Source of the DNA: an uncultured Phycisphaerales bacterium
GTDB taxonomy: Bacteria; Planctomycetota; Phycisphaerae; Sedimentisphaerales; Anaerobacaceae
Assembly: GCA_963772725.1 (NCBI GenBank)
Contig: CAVYYI010000005.1
Location: forward strand, 64,001 to 128,000
Direction: 5' to 3'
DNA: 64,000 nt
Shown: positions 11,462 to 23,171 of the stretch, piece by piece
Position numbering within the stretch: position 1 is the first letter of the stretch
How the letters are laid out: every line of letters starts with the position of its first letter
Position numbers and translations under genes: made by a program
The notes under the pieces: generated by a model
Databases searched by the model: none
Seen by the model: only the letters and a program-made list of their open reading frames with translations
Told to the model about the DNA's origin: nothing

Positions 11462-14400
11462 AATGCCTATTTCCCAAGAGATTTGCAGAATTTCCGCCTC
11501 TAACCCTGTCGGCGCCGGGTTTCTGGCGATGACTTTCCCCCGCGAGTTCGAGCAAAAGGATTATCGGAAATACGGTTGCGCCGTATTCGTCTCTGATAAT
11601 TTTTATCGCGGCACTATCTGCGATAGCGGTTATTGATATAAGGCTGTTTTCCTCCGCGAACTTATGGGTAACCTCGACAGGAGAACATGATACAATGAGC
11701 ATCGCGAAATTCGGCTTATCCTTAAGTGATTCGCAAGTCTCAAAAACAAGATTTAATTGCTCGATATAATGAGGCTGGCTCAAAGGAGAAATAGCCAGCA
11801 GCAGAGTTTTGCCATTATAGTCTGCAAGAGAGATTTTTTCTCCTTTAAGGTTTTCGACTTCAAATACAGGGGCGATTTGTCCCGGCAGCAATCGCTTATT
11901 TATTTTAAGCTCGAACGTTCCAAGGTCTAAAGGTTCAGCCGTGAAGCCTTCGTTCATATCGGGCATATTAAAATCATAGTCGAGCGAGCCGAGAGTTTCA
12001 CCTATTCGATTATATGGCGGTATAATATCCTTTTCTTTGAGTTGTAAAGTCAGCCTGTAATGGCCTGGCTCGAACGTCTTCCGCGAGGAATGAACCGTCG
12101 GAGCCGATTTTCACCGTGTACCTTTTATATTTCTTCTTATGTTCATCGAGAGTCTTCTTCCGGGCATCAAGAACGACTTTTCCTTCTTCTGTGCTATACC
12201 ATTGATTCAGCCACTGGGTACGCTCGGTCTCGGTCATAGACTGGAAGTTTTCAGGGTAAGGCACTTTCGGCATATTCGGCGGCGGAGCAGCTATACTATT
12301 ATTTCCCGAAGACCAGTCCAGCGGTTCGGTGAATATTGAAGGCACAACAACTTTTCCGATTACGGTTCTGCCTTTGCCGCCGAGTTCGACATAGGCTGTC
12401 TGCCCGGGCAGGATTTCAAGATTTTTGGCGGTAGTGGAACTATAGTCAAGGGAACCGGTCTTTATTAATTGGACAATCTTGGCTTTACCGGCCGGCACTT
12501 TGTCGAGGCGGAAAAAGCCGTTCGCGTCTGCTATGGTTTGGCAACCATAAAAGATTTTGAACATATTTTCATTCTCATGGATAGAGGGAGATACGGTTAC
12601 TGTTTCGCCCGCACCGGGTTTGGTGCCCATATAGGTATAACCTTCAATCCTGCCCCACTCGGCCAGTTTAATATTCGGGTCAGATTCAAATTCCTTCCTC
12701 AATACTTCAGCATACCCCTTATCGTGAAGTACAACCAGGACGGCATAGTCACTTGATGATGGCAAAGTAAAAGAGCCGTCAGCGGATGTCTGGGTATAAG
12801 TATGCAACGCTTTTTGGGTACTTTCACCGTTTTGTATTGTAAGCATGGGGCTTGGATTATGAAAGATGACTTCGGCATTTTGCGCAGGCTGACCATCAGG
12901 CAGGTAAACGATCCCTTTTGGTACTCGCCCCTTTTTGAGCCTGAAATTAAAGCTGATATTTACCTTGGCGTTATTAAAATCCGGCGAATTGGCGGGCAGA
13001 TAGCCATCCGCTTCTATCCGCACGCCATAAGCTTCACCGGGCTCTGTAAACATAGTTTTATATTTGCCGCAGGTAAAAGATTTTTTTGCCGACATTTGCC
13101 ATGAAATGTCGGTTTGCCCTTCCCATTGCACTCCGTAAGTTAATTTGAAATTCGGAATCAGCTCATTGGTATCGGCGTCAACAACTGAACCTGTTACTGT
13201 TATGGGCGGATAAAGTGTTATTATGTATTCACCAGCCTCGGCGGACATCGGGAAATTATTAAATGCCATATAACCTTCTTTGCTGAGGTTGAATTGCACA
13301 GCGTCTTTCGGGGCATCGGTAAATTCAAATCTCCCTTCGGCGTTGGTTTTTGTACTAAGTTGTAATGTCCGCAAACCTCGCCAGAAATTAACATCTATCC
13401 AGGCGCCTTTAAGGGGAATATTATTCTGGTTAACAACTCTGCCCGTTATTAAATTGCCTGTGCCAAGATTAAATATGACAGGTTCCATTTTAGGCACAAT
13501 GTTTATCAGTTTCATATCCGGTGCGTAACCTTTTGCCGTAACGGTCAGGTAAGTTGATTCTTCGCTGCATTGACCGAAGCTGAAGCATCCATTAGGGTCT
13601 GTCTTTGTCTGCGGGAAATCGGTATATAGGCTATCCCCCTTTATTACAATGGCCTTTGCTATTGGTTTTCCTTTGAGGTCGAGAACTCTGCCGGAAACAA
13701 TAATGCCTTTTTTCATCACCGCTGTTACCTTTTGAGCTCGTAAATCCCCGATAGGTGTCGAAATGCTTAGGGTGTCTCCGTAGTAATCATCACAAATATA
13801 ATCGGGGTGGCTGAATTTTAACCACAGTTTATCAGCCTGGGCGGGAATAATATCGAATTTCCAGAATCCATTGGCATCGCTTTTTGTTTGTTCACCCGAT
13901 AATGAGATAAGTCCTGCTTTTGTGTTTTCCTCATTGTTGTATGGCAGCGTAACAGAGACTGTCACGTCTTTGATGAGTCGCTCCTGTTCATCTTTGACAT
14001 AGCCGCCTATTGTGGTGCCGCGTTCAAGCCGCAGGGTATAATTTTTCGGCACTTCAAATGGGCTATACCGTTCATCGTAGTTAAGGCTCATCGGAACAAA
14101 ACCAGCCTTGCACGCCTTGACACTGAAAGAGTTAGGTTCCGTTTCATTGAAGTCGATTATATAACATCCCAGTTCGTTCGTTACACCCTGACTTTCTTTG
14201 TCTTGGATATTGATATCGAGATCAATCCCAGCTATCGGCTTTCCAGTCGTTTTATCAATTACAGTTAAGTTTAATTCTTTTTTTGTCTCTGTTTGACCGC
14301 CTTGGGTAGTTTTATTCGGGTCCTGGATAGTTTTTAAACGCTTCTTAATCTCGATAACGGCTTTGCTGAACGGATTATTCGGTTCGCTCTGCTGGTCGCT

Positions 14401-14910
14401 TAATTTTTGCAGCGTGTCGATAACTTGCATATCCCCGATTTGCGCAAGATAATTCGCGGCGGCTATTTTCGCCGCAGGCATCCCGCTATCCAGAACCGCT
14501 TTAAGACCGGCGATGTCCCTCGAAGTGAAACGCTTCTCCAGCTTTTTCATCTCTTCATCAACAGCTGTCGGCGAAATTGTTCCCATACGAATTGCCGTCT
14601 CTGTACCTGTTCTTAAAGTGGAGTTGGCATCTTTTACAAAAGTGAGATTCTGATTACTATCTAAACCCGAATAAATCCTGATAGTAATTATGACCGCTAT
14701 AATAAGTACCGCCGCTACCGCGATTTTTGTAATGGGCTTTGCGATTTTTATTTTTTCTATAAGGCCCATTCTTACAATATGCACTCTGCCCTCAGTATCA
14801 GCCTGTAATGCCAGCGCCGCCTCTAAGGTCTTTTGCGGAGGTCTCTGCGGCACAGGCATACTTTTGAGGGCATCAATCGCCATCATCAAAATGTCATTTT
14901 TCTTTTTCAT
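11460..14910 (-). CDS. Large single-TM protein (putative anti-sigma/sensor) with carboxypeptidase-regulatory-like repeats and a C-terminal redoxin-like domain; indels near the 3' end
   Basis: TM KIAVAAVLIIAVIITI; repeated GxVxD..G.PI...TD.NG.F units; C-terminal PGQIAPVFEVENLKGEKISLADYNGK; ATGA overlap with the sigma gene. Confidence 0.7.
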
Positions 14911-15434
14911 AACACCGAATCCCCCATCTTTTCTGCAGACGGTTCCAACCATTGACGCAGCTTATTTTTCGCACGATGTAGTATAGCCCCCGCCGTTCCT
15001 GTCTTAATTCCAAGCTCCTTGCCAATCCTGTGGTAACTCATGTTGCTCAGATGCCGCAGGCAAAAAACCTCGGCTTCCTGCGCCGGCAATTTTGCTATCG
15101 CCTCTCGCAGCGAGACAGCCAGTTCCTGTCTCTGCAACTGATTATCCGGACTGGGGTTATCACTTTCAATAGAAGATATATCTGTAGATGATGAATTACG
15201 ATGCGAATAGGTATTTCGCTGCCGCAGACGGTCTATTGCCCGCATGGTGGCCAATCGAATCAACAGCGCAGAAAAATTGCGCACTCGCTGGCGCTTCGCA
15301 ACTTCCAAGGCACTGGCAAATGTTTCCTGGAAGCAATCCGCTGCATCGTCCTGATTATTCAGCAATCTGTAAACGGTACGCCAGACAACAGTGCCATAAC
15401 TGTTGACTATTTTTTCCCAGTCCGTTATCTGCAA
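14907..15434 (-). CDS. ECF (sigma70 group 4) RNA polymerase sigma factor
   Basis: Region 2 DAADCFQETF...AIDRLR; region 4 LP..EAEVF...SY..IG..LG...RAK.KLR. Confidence 0.9.
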   Translation of the reverse strand: MQITDWEKIVNSYGTVVWRTVYRLLNNQDDAADCFQETFASALEVAKRQRVRNFSALLIRLATMRAIDRLRQRNTYSHRNSSSTDISSIESDNPSPDNQLQRQELAVSLREAIAKLPAQEAEVFCLRHLSNMSYHRIGKELGIKTGTAGAILHRAKNKLRQWLEPSAEKMGDSVL

Positions 15435-15643
15435 ACAGCGTTCCTCATAAAATTTTATGTCGCTAATACAATAGTCGAAAAAGACTTACATTTATTACAA
15501 AAAAAAAGAAAAAATTTTCTTGCAAAGAAATCCGACGCGCGTCAAAATGATACCGTTTTATAGTAAAAGTGTTTTTCAGGAAGAAGAGCAAAAAAATGCT
15601 GACTGAAGGCGGGGCATGATTCGCCGAGTTACGGAGGCTGTTA

Positions 15644-16348
15644 ATGACTGGTAAGTTGAAATATGTTTGTGTTGTTTTTTTAGTTTTTACATTCTTGTTG
15701 CTGAGCGGCTGTGACTCATCCGCACAGAATGGAAAAAATGCGATACCTAAGGACATTAAGGTTAAAAATACGCCTGCGGAAAAAGAGAAGGCAAAACTCC
15801 TCAGAGAGATAGACTTCAACTATGAGAATCCCGAGCCTCACTACAAGCTCGGAAAACTTTATGCTTCCCAGGGTATGTGGACTGAAGCGGAAAATCAATA
15901 TAGCTTAACCCTGACTTTCGACCCTGTTCACAGGGAAGCACAGGCCGGACAGATTAAATCCCTCCTGCAGATGGGCGATAAGGAAAAATCCGGAATTTTA
16001 GCCGACCACTACATAAATCAGGCATCGAGTCAAGCCTTGCCCTCGTTCAAGCTTGCACTGGCTTTTCAGCAGGAGCAATTGGATAATTATGCCCTGACCT
16101 GTTATCAAAATGCCCTTCGTCTGGCGCCAAATTCTGCTATGATTAACAGACAGTTGGGTTATTACTATCTCAACAAAAACCAGCCCGCTCAGGCCAAAGA
16201 CTATTTCATAAGAAGCTTTTCGATAGACTCGTATCAGCCGGATATAGCACGTGAGCTTGGGAAAATGGGTGTAACCGTAAGTGTCCCCAGAACGCCGCGG
16301 AAAAGCAGCAAAGAAGTGGACACTATGGCTGAACAGAAAGTAAAGTAG
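15644..16348 (+). CDS. TPR-repeat lipoprotein
   Basis: Lipobox LSGC; TPR-like helices (HYKLGKLY, YQNALRLAP, LGYYY). Confidence 0.8.
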   Translation: MTGKLKYVCVVFLVFTFLLLSGCDSSAQNGKNAIPKDIKVKNTPAEKEKAKLLREIDFNYENPEPHYKLGKLYASQGMWTEAENQYSLTLTFDPVHREAQAGQIKSLLQMGDKEKSGILADHYINQASSQALPSFKLALAFQQEQLDNYALTCYQNALRLAPNSAMINRQLGYYYLNKNQPAQAKDYFIRSFSIDSYQPDIARELGKMGVTVSVPRTPRKSSKEVDTMAEQKVK

Positions 16349-16374
16349 TAAGACTATGTGATACGGTTTTCTAT

Positions 16375-16411
16375 AGCCCTGTGGCGAACGGATGCGCCGC
16401 GGGGTTTTTTT
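16375..16411 (+). terminator. Intrinsic terminator-like hairpin
   Basis: gccctgtggcg / cgccgcggggt stem followed by a T-run. Confidence 0.6.
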
Positions 16412-16426
16412 ATGTTAGGAGAAATA

Positions 16427-17312
16427 ATGATGTCGATACAGAAAATGATAATCGCATTAGTGACCATAATTATGTTCTCATCTTCTTGTGCCAGGGAAAA
16501 CGAAAAGTCAGGGGACAAAAAATTATCTCAGGTCAATAATGGCCAGTGGAAACTCGCGGTGCAGGCTTTTAGTTTTAGAAAATTCACTTTTTTCGAAGCG
16601 GTCGATAAAACCGCGGCTTTGGGCGTCAAATACATAGAGGCGTATCCCGGCCAGGTTATATCCAAAGAAAAACCCGATATTAAATTCACACCCGATATTT
16701 CCGCCGATGTAAGAGCGGAGATTAAAAAGAAACTGGCACAGTCCGGTGTGAAACTGATTAATTACGGCGTGTTCGGTTTGCCCGGCGACGAGGCAAAATG
16801 CCGCCAGGCCTTTGAGTTCGCAAAGGATATGGGTATCGAGACAATAGTTTCCGAGCCGAACGAAAAATCCCTCGAGACGATAGACAAATTGTGTCAGGAG
16901 TATAAAATTAAAGTCGCAATCCATAATCATCCAAAGCCCTCACACTACTGGAATCCCGACACAATACTGACAGCCTGTAAAGGACGCAGCAAATGGATAG
17001 GCGCCTGCCGATACCGGACATTGGATGCGCTCCGGCATTAATCCATTGGATGCGCTGCGGAAACTACAGGGCAAAATTATTTGTGTGCATTTTAAGGATT
17101 TAAATGAATTTGGCGTCAAAAATGCCCACGATGTCCCCTGGGGTACAGGCAAAGCCAACGCCCAAACGCTCCTTGCGGAACTTAGCCGCCAGAATTTTGC
17201 CGGGACGTTCTCAATAGAGTACGAATATAATTGGGAGGATTCGATGCCGGAAATCAGCAAATGCGTCGAATTTTTCGGAAAACAGGCCGCCGAACTCGGA
17301 AAAATTCATTAA
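16427..17312 (+). CDS. Xylose-isomerase-like TIM barrel (sugar phosphate isomerase/epimerase family), probable lipoprotein; indel near 17008
   Basis: IEAYPG, AIHNH, DTGHW (restored frame), HFKD, SIEYE. Confidence 0.85.
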
Positions 17313-17480
17313 AAACAGCGGAAAAACCTTTGCGAAAATTTGTGCTTTGACACACGGATGAATTATATTGAAACAAACCCTTTTCGCGCGTAAAATCACT
17401 TCTGTTGAAATATTTACCCTTAGCGGTTCGTCTATGTTCCGGATGGAAACATAGAAGATAAAATTTTTAAGGAAGTCCCG

Positions 17481-18278
17481 ATGAAATCTAAACTTATAGT
17501 TTGCGGTGCGGCAGGCAGGATGGGTAAAAGAATAGTTTCGCTGGCCATAGAAAGCGGAAAATTCGATATTATCGCGGCGGTCGAGAATAAGGATCATCCC
17601 GATACCGCCAAAGACGCCGGCCTTGTCGCGGGAATAAATCCCCTCGGTGTGAAAATCGACAGCAGCTTTGCTCGCGGTGCCGATGCTGTTATAGATTTTT
17701 CGCAACCTGATGCCGCTGAAACAACAATTGATTACTGCGTGAAAAATAATAGTTCTTTGGTTCTGGGAACTACCGGCCTGAATGAGACGCATCATAAAAA
17801 GATTAAGACCGCCTCAGCGAAAATTCCCGTTATATATGGAACTAATATGAGTATCGGAATGAATGTCTTATTCGCGATGGTTGGCAAATTCGCCGCGATG
17901 TTAGGTGAAGATTACGACATCGAAATCATCGAGCAGCACCACCGCTTCAAAAAAGACGCCCCCAGCGGTTCAGCGATGAGCCTCGCAGAAAATATCTGCA
18001 AGGCCACAGGCAGAGATTTCCCCGGCTGTATTGTCAACGGCAGAAGCGGAAAAGATGCTCTACGAAAAAAAGGCACTATCGGAATGCATGCTGTCAGAGC
18101 GGGCGACATAATCGGCATACACTCGGTTATTTTCAGCTCACTGGGCGAAACCGTAATGCTCAATCATAACGCAAGCAGCAGAGATACTTTTGTCGCTGGG
18201 GCCTTGCGGGCTGCACAATGGCTTGTCGGTAAAAAACCCGGACTCTACTCTATGGCCGATGTCCTCGGAATTAAATAA
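17481..18278 (+). CDS. dapB: 4-hydroxy-tetrahydrodipicolinate reductase
   Basis: GAAGRMG, IDFS, GTTG, EQHHRFKKDAPSG. Confidence 0.95.
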   Translation: MKSKLIVCGAAGRMGKRIVSLAIESGKFDIIAAVENKDHPDTAKDAGLVAGINPLGVKIDSSFARGADAVIDFSQPDAAETTIDYCVKNNSSLVLGTTGLNETHHKKIKTASAKIPVIYGTNMSIGMNVLFAMVGKFAAMLGEDYDIEIIEQHHRFKKDAPSGSAMSLAENICKATGRDFPGCIVNGRSGKDALRKKGTIGMHAVRAGDIIGIHSVIFSSLGETVMLNHNASSRDTFVAGALRAAQWLVGKKPGLYSMADVLGIK

Positions 18279-18297
18279 CTTTTGAAAAAGAAAAAAC

Positions 18298-19779
18298 ATG
18301 AAACATTATAGAATTACCAAAAAGATTACCGTTTTAGCGATAGTTTTTATGGTCTGTTTAACTTATTCCCTGTCATTTGCGGAAGTTAAACCAGCCGCCA
18401 TTTTCTCCGACCACATGGTTCTCCAGCGTGATATGGCTGTTCCAATCTGGGGTACCGCCCAGCCGGGCGAAGAAGTAACTGTCAGCTTCGCGGGGCAAAC
18501 AGAAAAAACAAAAGCCGACAGTACAGGCAAATGGATGATTAAACTTAAACCCTTGAAAGTCGGTCACGCTCAGGAAATGACCGTCTCAGGCGAAAACACA
18601 GTCAAATTCACCGATGTTCTTGTCGGCGAAGTCTGGCTCTGTTCAGGACAATCCAACATGGCTCTCAAAGTCGGCTTTGTTATGAACGCTAAACAGGAAA
18701 TAGAAGTCGCGAACTATCCGAACATACGCTTCAACTCAGGCCCCGGCTGGCAGCCGTGCAATCCCGAAACAGTAAGAGACTTCTCCGCAGCGGGATATTT
18801 TTTCGGCAGAGAACTTTATAAAAATCTCAACGTCCCCATCGGCCTTATCAACCGCTCACACGGCGGAACACCTATCGAAAAATGGACACCCAGAGAAACT
18901 TTACTTAAAACTAAATATGTCAAAGAGATGTTTCAGAAACTGCCCAATACGCAGCCGGATGAAGATGAACAGGAACCGCAGGAAAATGCCGATAATGCTA
19001 AAGACGAAAATAATAAAAAAACCAATAAGGATGAAGTTTCCACTGTAAAATATTATCAGAGCTTATTCAGCACTTTGTATGTTAAAAATATCCAACCGCT
19101 GATTCCTTATGCCATTCGCGGAACCATCTGGTACCAGGGCGAAACAAATGCCTCATATCTTGGCGGCTCTCTCGGTTATCGCGAACTCTTCCCCGGTATG
19201 ATTAACGCCTGGCGAAAAGCCTGGGGACAAGGCGATTTCCCCTTCCTTTACGTCCAGCTTCCAAACTGGAAAGGCGGGAATAACTGGCCTTTAATGCGTG
19301 AATCAATGCTAAAAACCCTTGCAACTCCAAACACCGGGATGGCTGTTACCATTGATATTGGAAACAGTCTTCATCCCGCAAACAAACAGGATGTCGGAAA
19401 ACGTCTCTCGCTATGGGCGCTCAAAACCGCCTATGGCAAAGACATTGTTGCCTCCGGACCTCTCTACAAATCCATGGAAATCAAAGATGGCAAAATCATC
19501 CTCAGATTTGACAGCATCGGCACCGGCCTGGTCGCGAAAAACGGCGAACTCACTTCTTTCGCAATCGCAGGAGATAATAAAGATTTCAAACCCGCCACAG
19601 CAAAAATCGAAGGCGATAAAATTATCGTCTGGAGCGATAGCGTTACAAAACCTGTCGCCATCCGTTACGCATGGGAAAATAATCCCAAAGCTAACCTGTA
19701 TAATAAAGAAAATCTCCCCGCTTCACCTTTCAGAACAGACTCATGGGAAGTTTTTGAAGTAAAACGCATGGGTAAATAA
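18298..19779 (+). CDS. Secreted sialate O-acetylesterase family (SGNH) protein
   Basis: Signal peptide; GEVWLCSGQSNM, WYQGETN, HP.NKQDVG.RL, RYAW, PFRTD. Confidence 0.88.
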   Translation: MKHYRITKKITVLAIVFMVCLTYSLSFAEVKPAAIFSDHMVLQRDMAVPIWGTAQPGEEVTVSFAGQTEKTKADSTGKWMIKLKPLKVGHAQEMTVSGENTVKFTDVLVGEVWLCSGQSNMALKVGFVMNAKQEIEVANYPNIRFNSGPGWQPCNPETVRDFSAAGYFFGRELYKNLNVPIGLINRSHGGTPIEKWTPRETLLKTKYVKEMFQKLPNTQPDEDEQEPQENADNAKDENNKKTNKDEVSTVKYYQSLFSTLYVKNIQPLIPYAIRGTIWYQGETNASYLGGSLGYRELFPGMINAWRKAWGQGDFPFLYVQLPNWKGGNNWPLMRESMLKTLATPNTGMAVTIDIGNSLHPANKQDVGKRLSLWALKTAYGKDIVASGPLYKSMEIKDGKIILRFDSIGTGLVAKNGELTSFAIAGDNKDFKPATAKIEGDKIIVWSDSVTKPVAIRYAWENNPKANLYNKENLPASPFRTDSWEVFEVKRMGK

Positions 19780-19803
19780 TCACCAGATTTATCTGGTGGT
19801 CAT

Positions 19804-20301
19804 TTATTTCTTCATCAGCGAATCAATCGCCTTAACAAGCTCATCCGGCTTTTGCGAACCGATAAGCAGTTTTTTCCCGCTTTTCAAAATAAGCTGCACA
19901 CCCTTATTGCCGCGAAGGTTATACGCCTTGCCGCTGCCTAATCCATACCGTATCCCCCATCCGCCATATTCTAAAATTGGCCGATAAATTCTGGAATAAT
20001 AATGCGTCAAATCCTCCGCCGAAAATTTTATAAACCGAATATGAAGCGGAAACATCCGCACATACAACCCTTCAGAACAGACCTTCGTCTCAAGTTTGAC
20101 AATAAAAAACAAAATCGCAACTGCCAAAGATATAACAATTCCAACCGTCAAACCAATATACAAAGAAGCTGCCTGTTCACCCCCAAGCATTGCATACGGC
20201 AAAATACAAGTAAAACAAATAACATCGAACACCAAAAATAACCGCAGCCACAGTGGAAATTTCTGCGCCTCATAAAATATTTTATCCTCGCCTGTTTCCA
20301 T
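19804..20301 (-). CDS. DUF6141-like membrane protein
   Basis: Two TM segments, then YRPILEYGGWGIR...LLIGSQKP. Confidence 0.7.
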   Translation of the reverse strand: METGEDKIFYEAQKFPLWLRLFLVFDVICFTCILPYAMLGGEQAASLYIGLTVGIVISLAVAILFFIVKLETKVCSEGLYVRMFPLHIRFIKFSAEDLTHYYSRIYRPILEYGGWGIRYGLGSGKAYNLRGNKGVQLILKSGKKLLIGSQKPDELVKAIDSLMKK

Positions 20302-20310
20302 TTTACCCCC

Positions 20311-21114
20311 TTACGGCTTACACTGCCTGCACGGTTTTTTACCGTCTTTCATAGCATCCTCTCTTGTCGCATATTTAACAAGATTTTGTTCGAGAATTCT
20401 TTTTGTTATAGGACAATCCGCTTTATGGAATATCGTGCTGTTCTTTGAAGCCGAATATTCATATTGCGTGTTCGTCGGAGCGGCATTCGGCTCACTGCTT
20501 GCGGCCTTGACCGATGAAGAGGCCGCTGCTGAAGAAGTTTCTTTTTTGGGCTTAGGCTCTTCTTCATGAGCGACTTTTTTGTTCACCTTGTTATATACGG
20601 TGATGAAACTTTCAACCTGCGATATCACCATATCTACAACAAATTGATTCGCGTTTTCCTCTGGTCCAGTCTCAACCGTCCCAGCCGCCATCCAGACATC
20701 ATACTGAGTATCTTCCCGTGTTTGCCCGTACAAAATAATCGTTACAGCCACCGAACTCTGAACACGAAACATATAATCCCCCGTTGCCAGCCGGTACATA
20801 CCAATAGACACCTTATATTGTGGTATGGCTTGACTTGCGAACGGTATCGCGATTTGCCCCGCCTCAATGACTTTAAATCCCGACTTTTCAAGCCTTGCCG
20901 AAATGGTTGCCCCTATCTCATTAAGCATCACTTTAAATCTGTTGTTTGACAGACTTTCAGGATAGTCGGGTATGATAAAAACATTAAATTCCCTTATCCC
21001 ATTGAGAAACGAATTTAGCTTGGGAGTCATAGTTTTCTGTTCCGCCGACATCGCGGGAACTAATAGCATGCCCGTTAAAACTAATACACATAAAAAAGAC
21101 TTCTTAAATCCCAT
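20311..21114 (-). CDS. Secreted protein with a C-terminal Ada-like metal-binding domain
   Basis: Signal peptide; low-complexity linker; SKNSTIFH..DC...GKKPCRQCKP. Confidence 0.7.
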   Translation of the reverse strand: MGFKKSFLCVLVLTGMLLVPAMSAEQKTMTPKLNSFLNGIREFNVFIIPDYPESLSNNRFKVMLNEIGATISARLEKSGFKVIEAGQIAIPFASQAIPQYKVSIGMYRLATGDYMFRVQSSVAVTIILYGQTREDTQYDVWMAAGTVETGPEENANQFVVDMVISQVESFITVYNKVNKKVAHEEEPKPKKETSSAAASSSVKAASSEPNAAPTNTQYEYSASKNSTIFHKADCPITKRILEQNLVKYATREDAMKDGKKPCRQCKP

Positions 21115-21147
21115 TTTCAACCTTCCTTTCAACCCTGATTTTTCCAT

Positions 21148-21456
21148 TTATGCTATAAGCGCAAAGGCATCCGTTACAGCCATTCCAACATTAATCCCAA
21201 GCGATTTGGCCTTTGCGTTAACCTTCATAATTTTGCGATTGGGAAACCGCTCCAGCGTTCCGATGGGATTATCTGGAGAACTTTCCACCAAGGCCGCCGC
21301 CACCCCATACCTCTCGCACACCTCTATATCCACCACCGGACAAGCCAGGAAACCCTTCGTACCAGCCACTATCAAAATATTAAATCCCGGCCACTTCGTC
21401 TGCACCCCTTCCACCAACCCATTGGCCGTCTGATACGTCCGTGTATATATCTCCAT
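21148..21456 (-). CDS. YunC family (DUF1805) protein
   Basis: KGFLAC, AKAKSLGINVGMAVTDA pattern; ~102 aa. Confidence 0.75.
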   Translation of the reverse strand: MEIYTRTYQTANGLVEGVQTKWPGFNILIVAGTKGFLACPVVDIEVCERYGVAAALVESSPDNPIGTLERFPNRKIMKVNAKAKSLGINVGMAVTDAFALIA

Positions 21457-21526
21457 CGCAATTCCCCTTGAAACAATATTATAAATAACTCTGCGTTCTC
21501 CGCGACCTCTGCGGTAAAACAAAATT

Positions 21527-22903
21527 TCAATGCTCCGCTGGTTTACCGAGCATCTCTTCAATTTCCGTGATTTTCTGCTTGAGCAAATCCGCGGTCTTGG
21601 CCTCGACATTCAATCTCAAAAATGGCTCGGTATTACTCGGCCGGCAGTTAAACCACCATTCCTTAAACCGAATCGTTATGCCATCGAGGTAATCTATCTC
21701 GCCCTGCCGATATTTTTTCCCCAACTCCTTCATCATTGCGTCTTTGTTCTCGACCTTGAAATTCACCTCGCCGCTGCTGAAATATCTACGCAATGGCTTA
21801 ACTATCTCGCTCATCGGCACATTCGCGTCGCTGACAATATTTAACATGTGTACCATCGTTATCAGTCCCGAATCCGCGTAATAATTGTCCGCATAATAAA
21901 AATGCCCGGAAAGCTCCCCTCCGAACACCGCGTGCGAATCCCGCAGCGCCTTTTTCATAAACGCATGCCCCACTCGCTCCCGCCGCGGCGTCCCGCCATT
22001 TTTAATAATCTCCTCCGGCACAACCAGGCTGCTCCGCAAATCATACACAACCGTCGATTTCGGTTTGATTTTCAGAAAATACGGCACCATCATCGCCGTC
22101 ATCAAATCGCACCCGATATTCTGACCCTTCTCATCTACCATTATCAGCCTGTCCGCGTCCCCATCGAAGCAAATACCAAAATCGCATTTGTTCTTCTTCA
22201 CAACCCCTTTAAGTTCCACCAGGCTCCCTTCTATAAGCGGATTCGGGTCATGCTTGAACGTCCCGTTATGCTCAAAGTTCAGCGGCAGTATCTCTATCGG
22301 CAGATCGCCGAAAATAATTGGCACCATCTTTCCCGCCATCCCGTTCGATGCATCAATGGCTATCTTCAGCGGGCGGATTTTCGGCTTGAGAAATTTCAAA
22401 ACATGATTCTTATATTCCGCTGTCAAATCCCGCTCCTCAACCGATCCGCTGATATTGCCCTTCGTGTGAAGCAGCGCCATCGCGATATGCTCAATATTTT
22501 TCAAGCCCGTATCAACCCCCACCGGCTTAGCCTGTATCCCCGAAATCTTAAACCCGTTATACTTCGCTGGGTTATGCGACGCCGTTACCTGCACCCCCCC
22601 GCAAGTCCCAAGATAATTAATCGCGAAATACATCTGCGGCGTATCTATCATTCCTATATCTATCACCTTGGCGCCGGTGGAGTTCATCCCCTCAATCAGC
22701 GACTTGGTCAGCGATTCGCCGTGCGGCCTCATATCCCGACCCACGCATATCAGATGTGCGTTAGCCTGCCCCCGCTGGTAGCCGCTCAGCATCGAGCGAA
22801 GAAACTGTGCACTGGCGTAACCTATCTTCCAGGCGTCTTCCTCATTAAACTGCTCCCCGTAAACGCCTCTTATATCATAAGCCTTAAATATCGCAGGGTC
22901 CAT
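21527..22903 (-). CDS. Phosphomannomutase/phosphoglucomutase
   Basis: FKAYDIRG, TASHNP, DGDADR, GELSGH, RPSNTEP. Confidence 0.93.
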   Translation of the reverse strand: MDPAIFKAYDIRGVYGEQFNEEDAWKIGYASAQFLRSMLSGYQRGQANAHLICVGRDMRPHGESLTKSLIEGMNSTGAKVIDIGMIDTPQMYFAINYLGTCGGVQVTASHNPAKYNGFKISGIQAKPVGVDTGLKNIEHIAMALLHTKGNISGSVEERDLTAEYKNHVLKFLKPKIRPLKIAIDASNGMAGKMVPIIFGDLPIEILPLNFEHNGTFKHDPNPLIEGSLVELKGVVKKNKCDFGICFDGDADRLIMVDEKGQNIGCDLMTAMMVPYFLKIKPKSTVVYDLRSSLVVPEEIIKNGGTPRRERVGHAFMKKALRDSHAVFGGELSGHFYYADNYYADSGLITMVHMLNIVSDANVPMSEIVKPLRRYFSSGEVNFKVENKDAMMKELGKKYRQGEIDYLDGITIRFKEWWFNCRPSNTEPFLRLNVEAKTADLLKQKITEIEEMLGKPAEH

Positions 22904-23171
22904 AAATGTTTCCTTTGTTTTTCTACAGTAAATTTCTCATGTTATTCTTCAATACTATACACCTTTTTCCCTGAAATTGTCAACAAAACATCTAAACCAC
23001 ATAGTTAGCCTGCCGATTCATTCGGCAGATTGTTTAACCGATACGTTTAGCTCCGATAAATACCCCTTTATCAGTACCAAAAACCACTGTCCTGGAAATA
23101 AATACCAAATATTCAGCCAAAAACTCTCACGCGGATTATTTCTCCACCCGCAAATTGCCGAAAATAATTTA

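Noticed and set aside
21848..23008. 386-aa + strand ORF antisense to the phosphomannomutase gene
   Set aside because: Shadow ORF rich in H/R/P/Q, explained by biased codon usage of the real gene; no recognisable motifs
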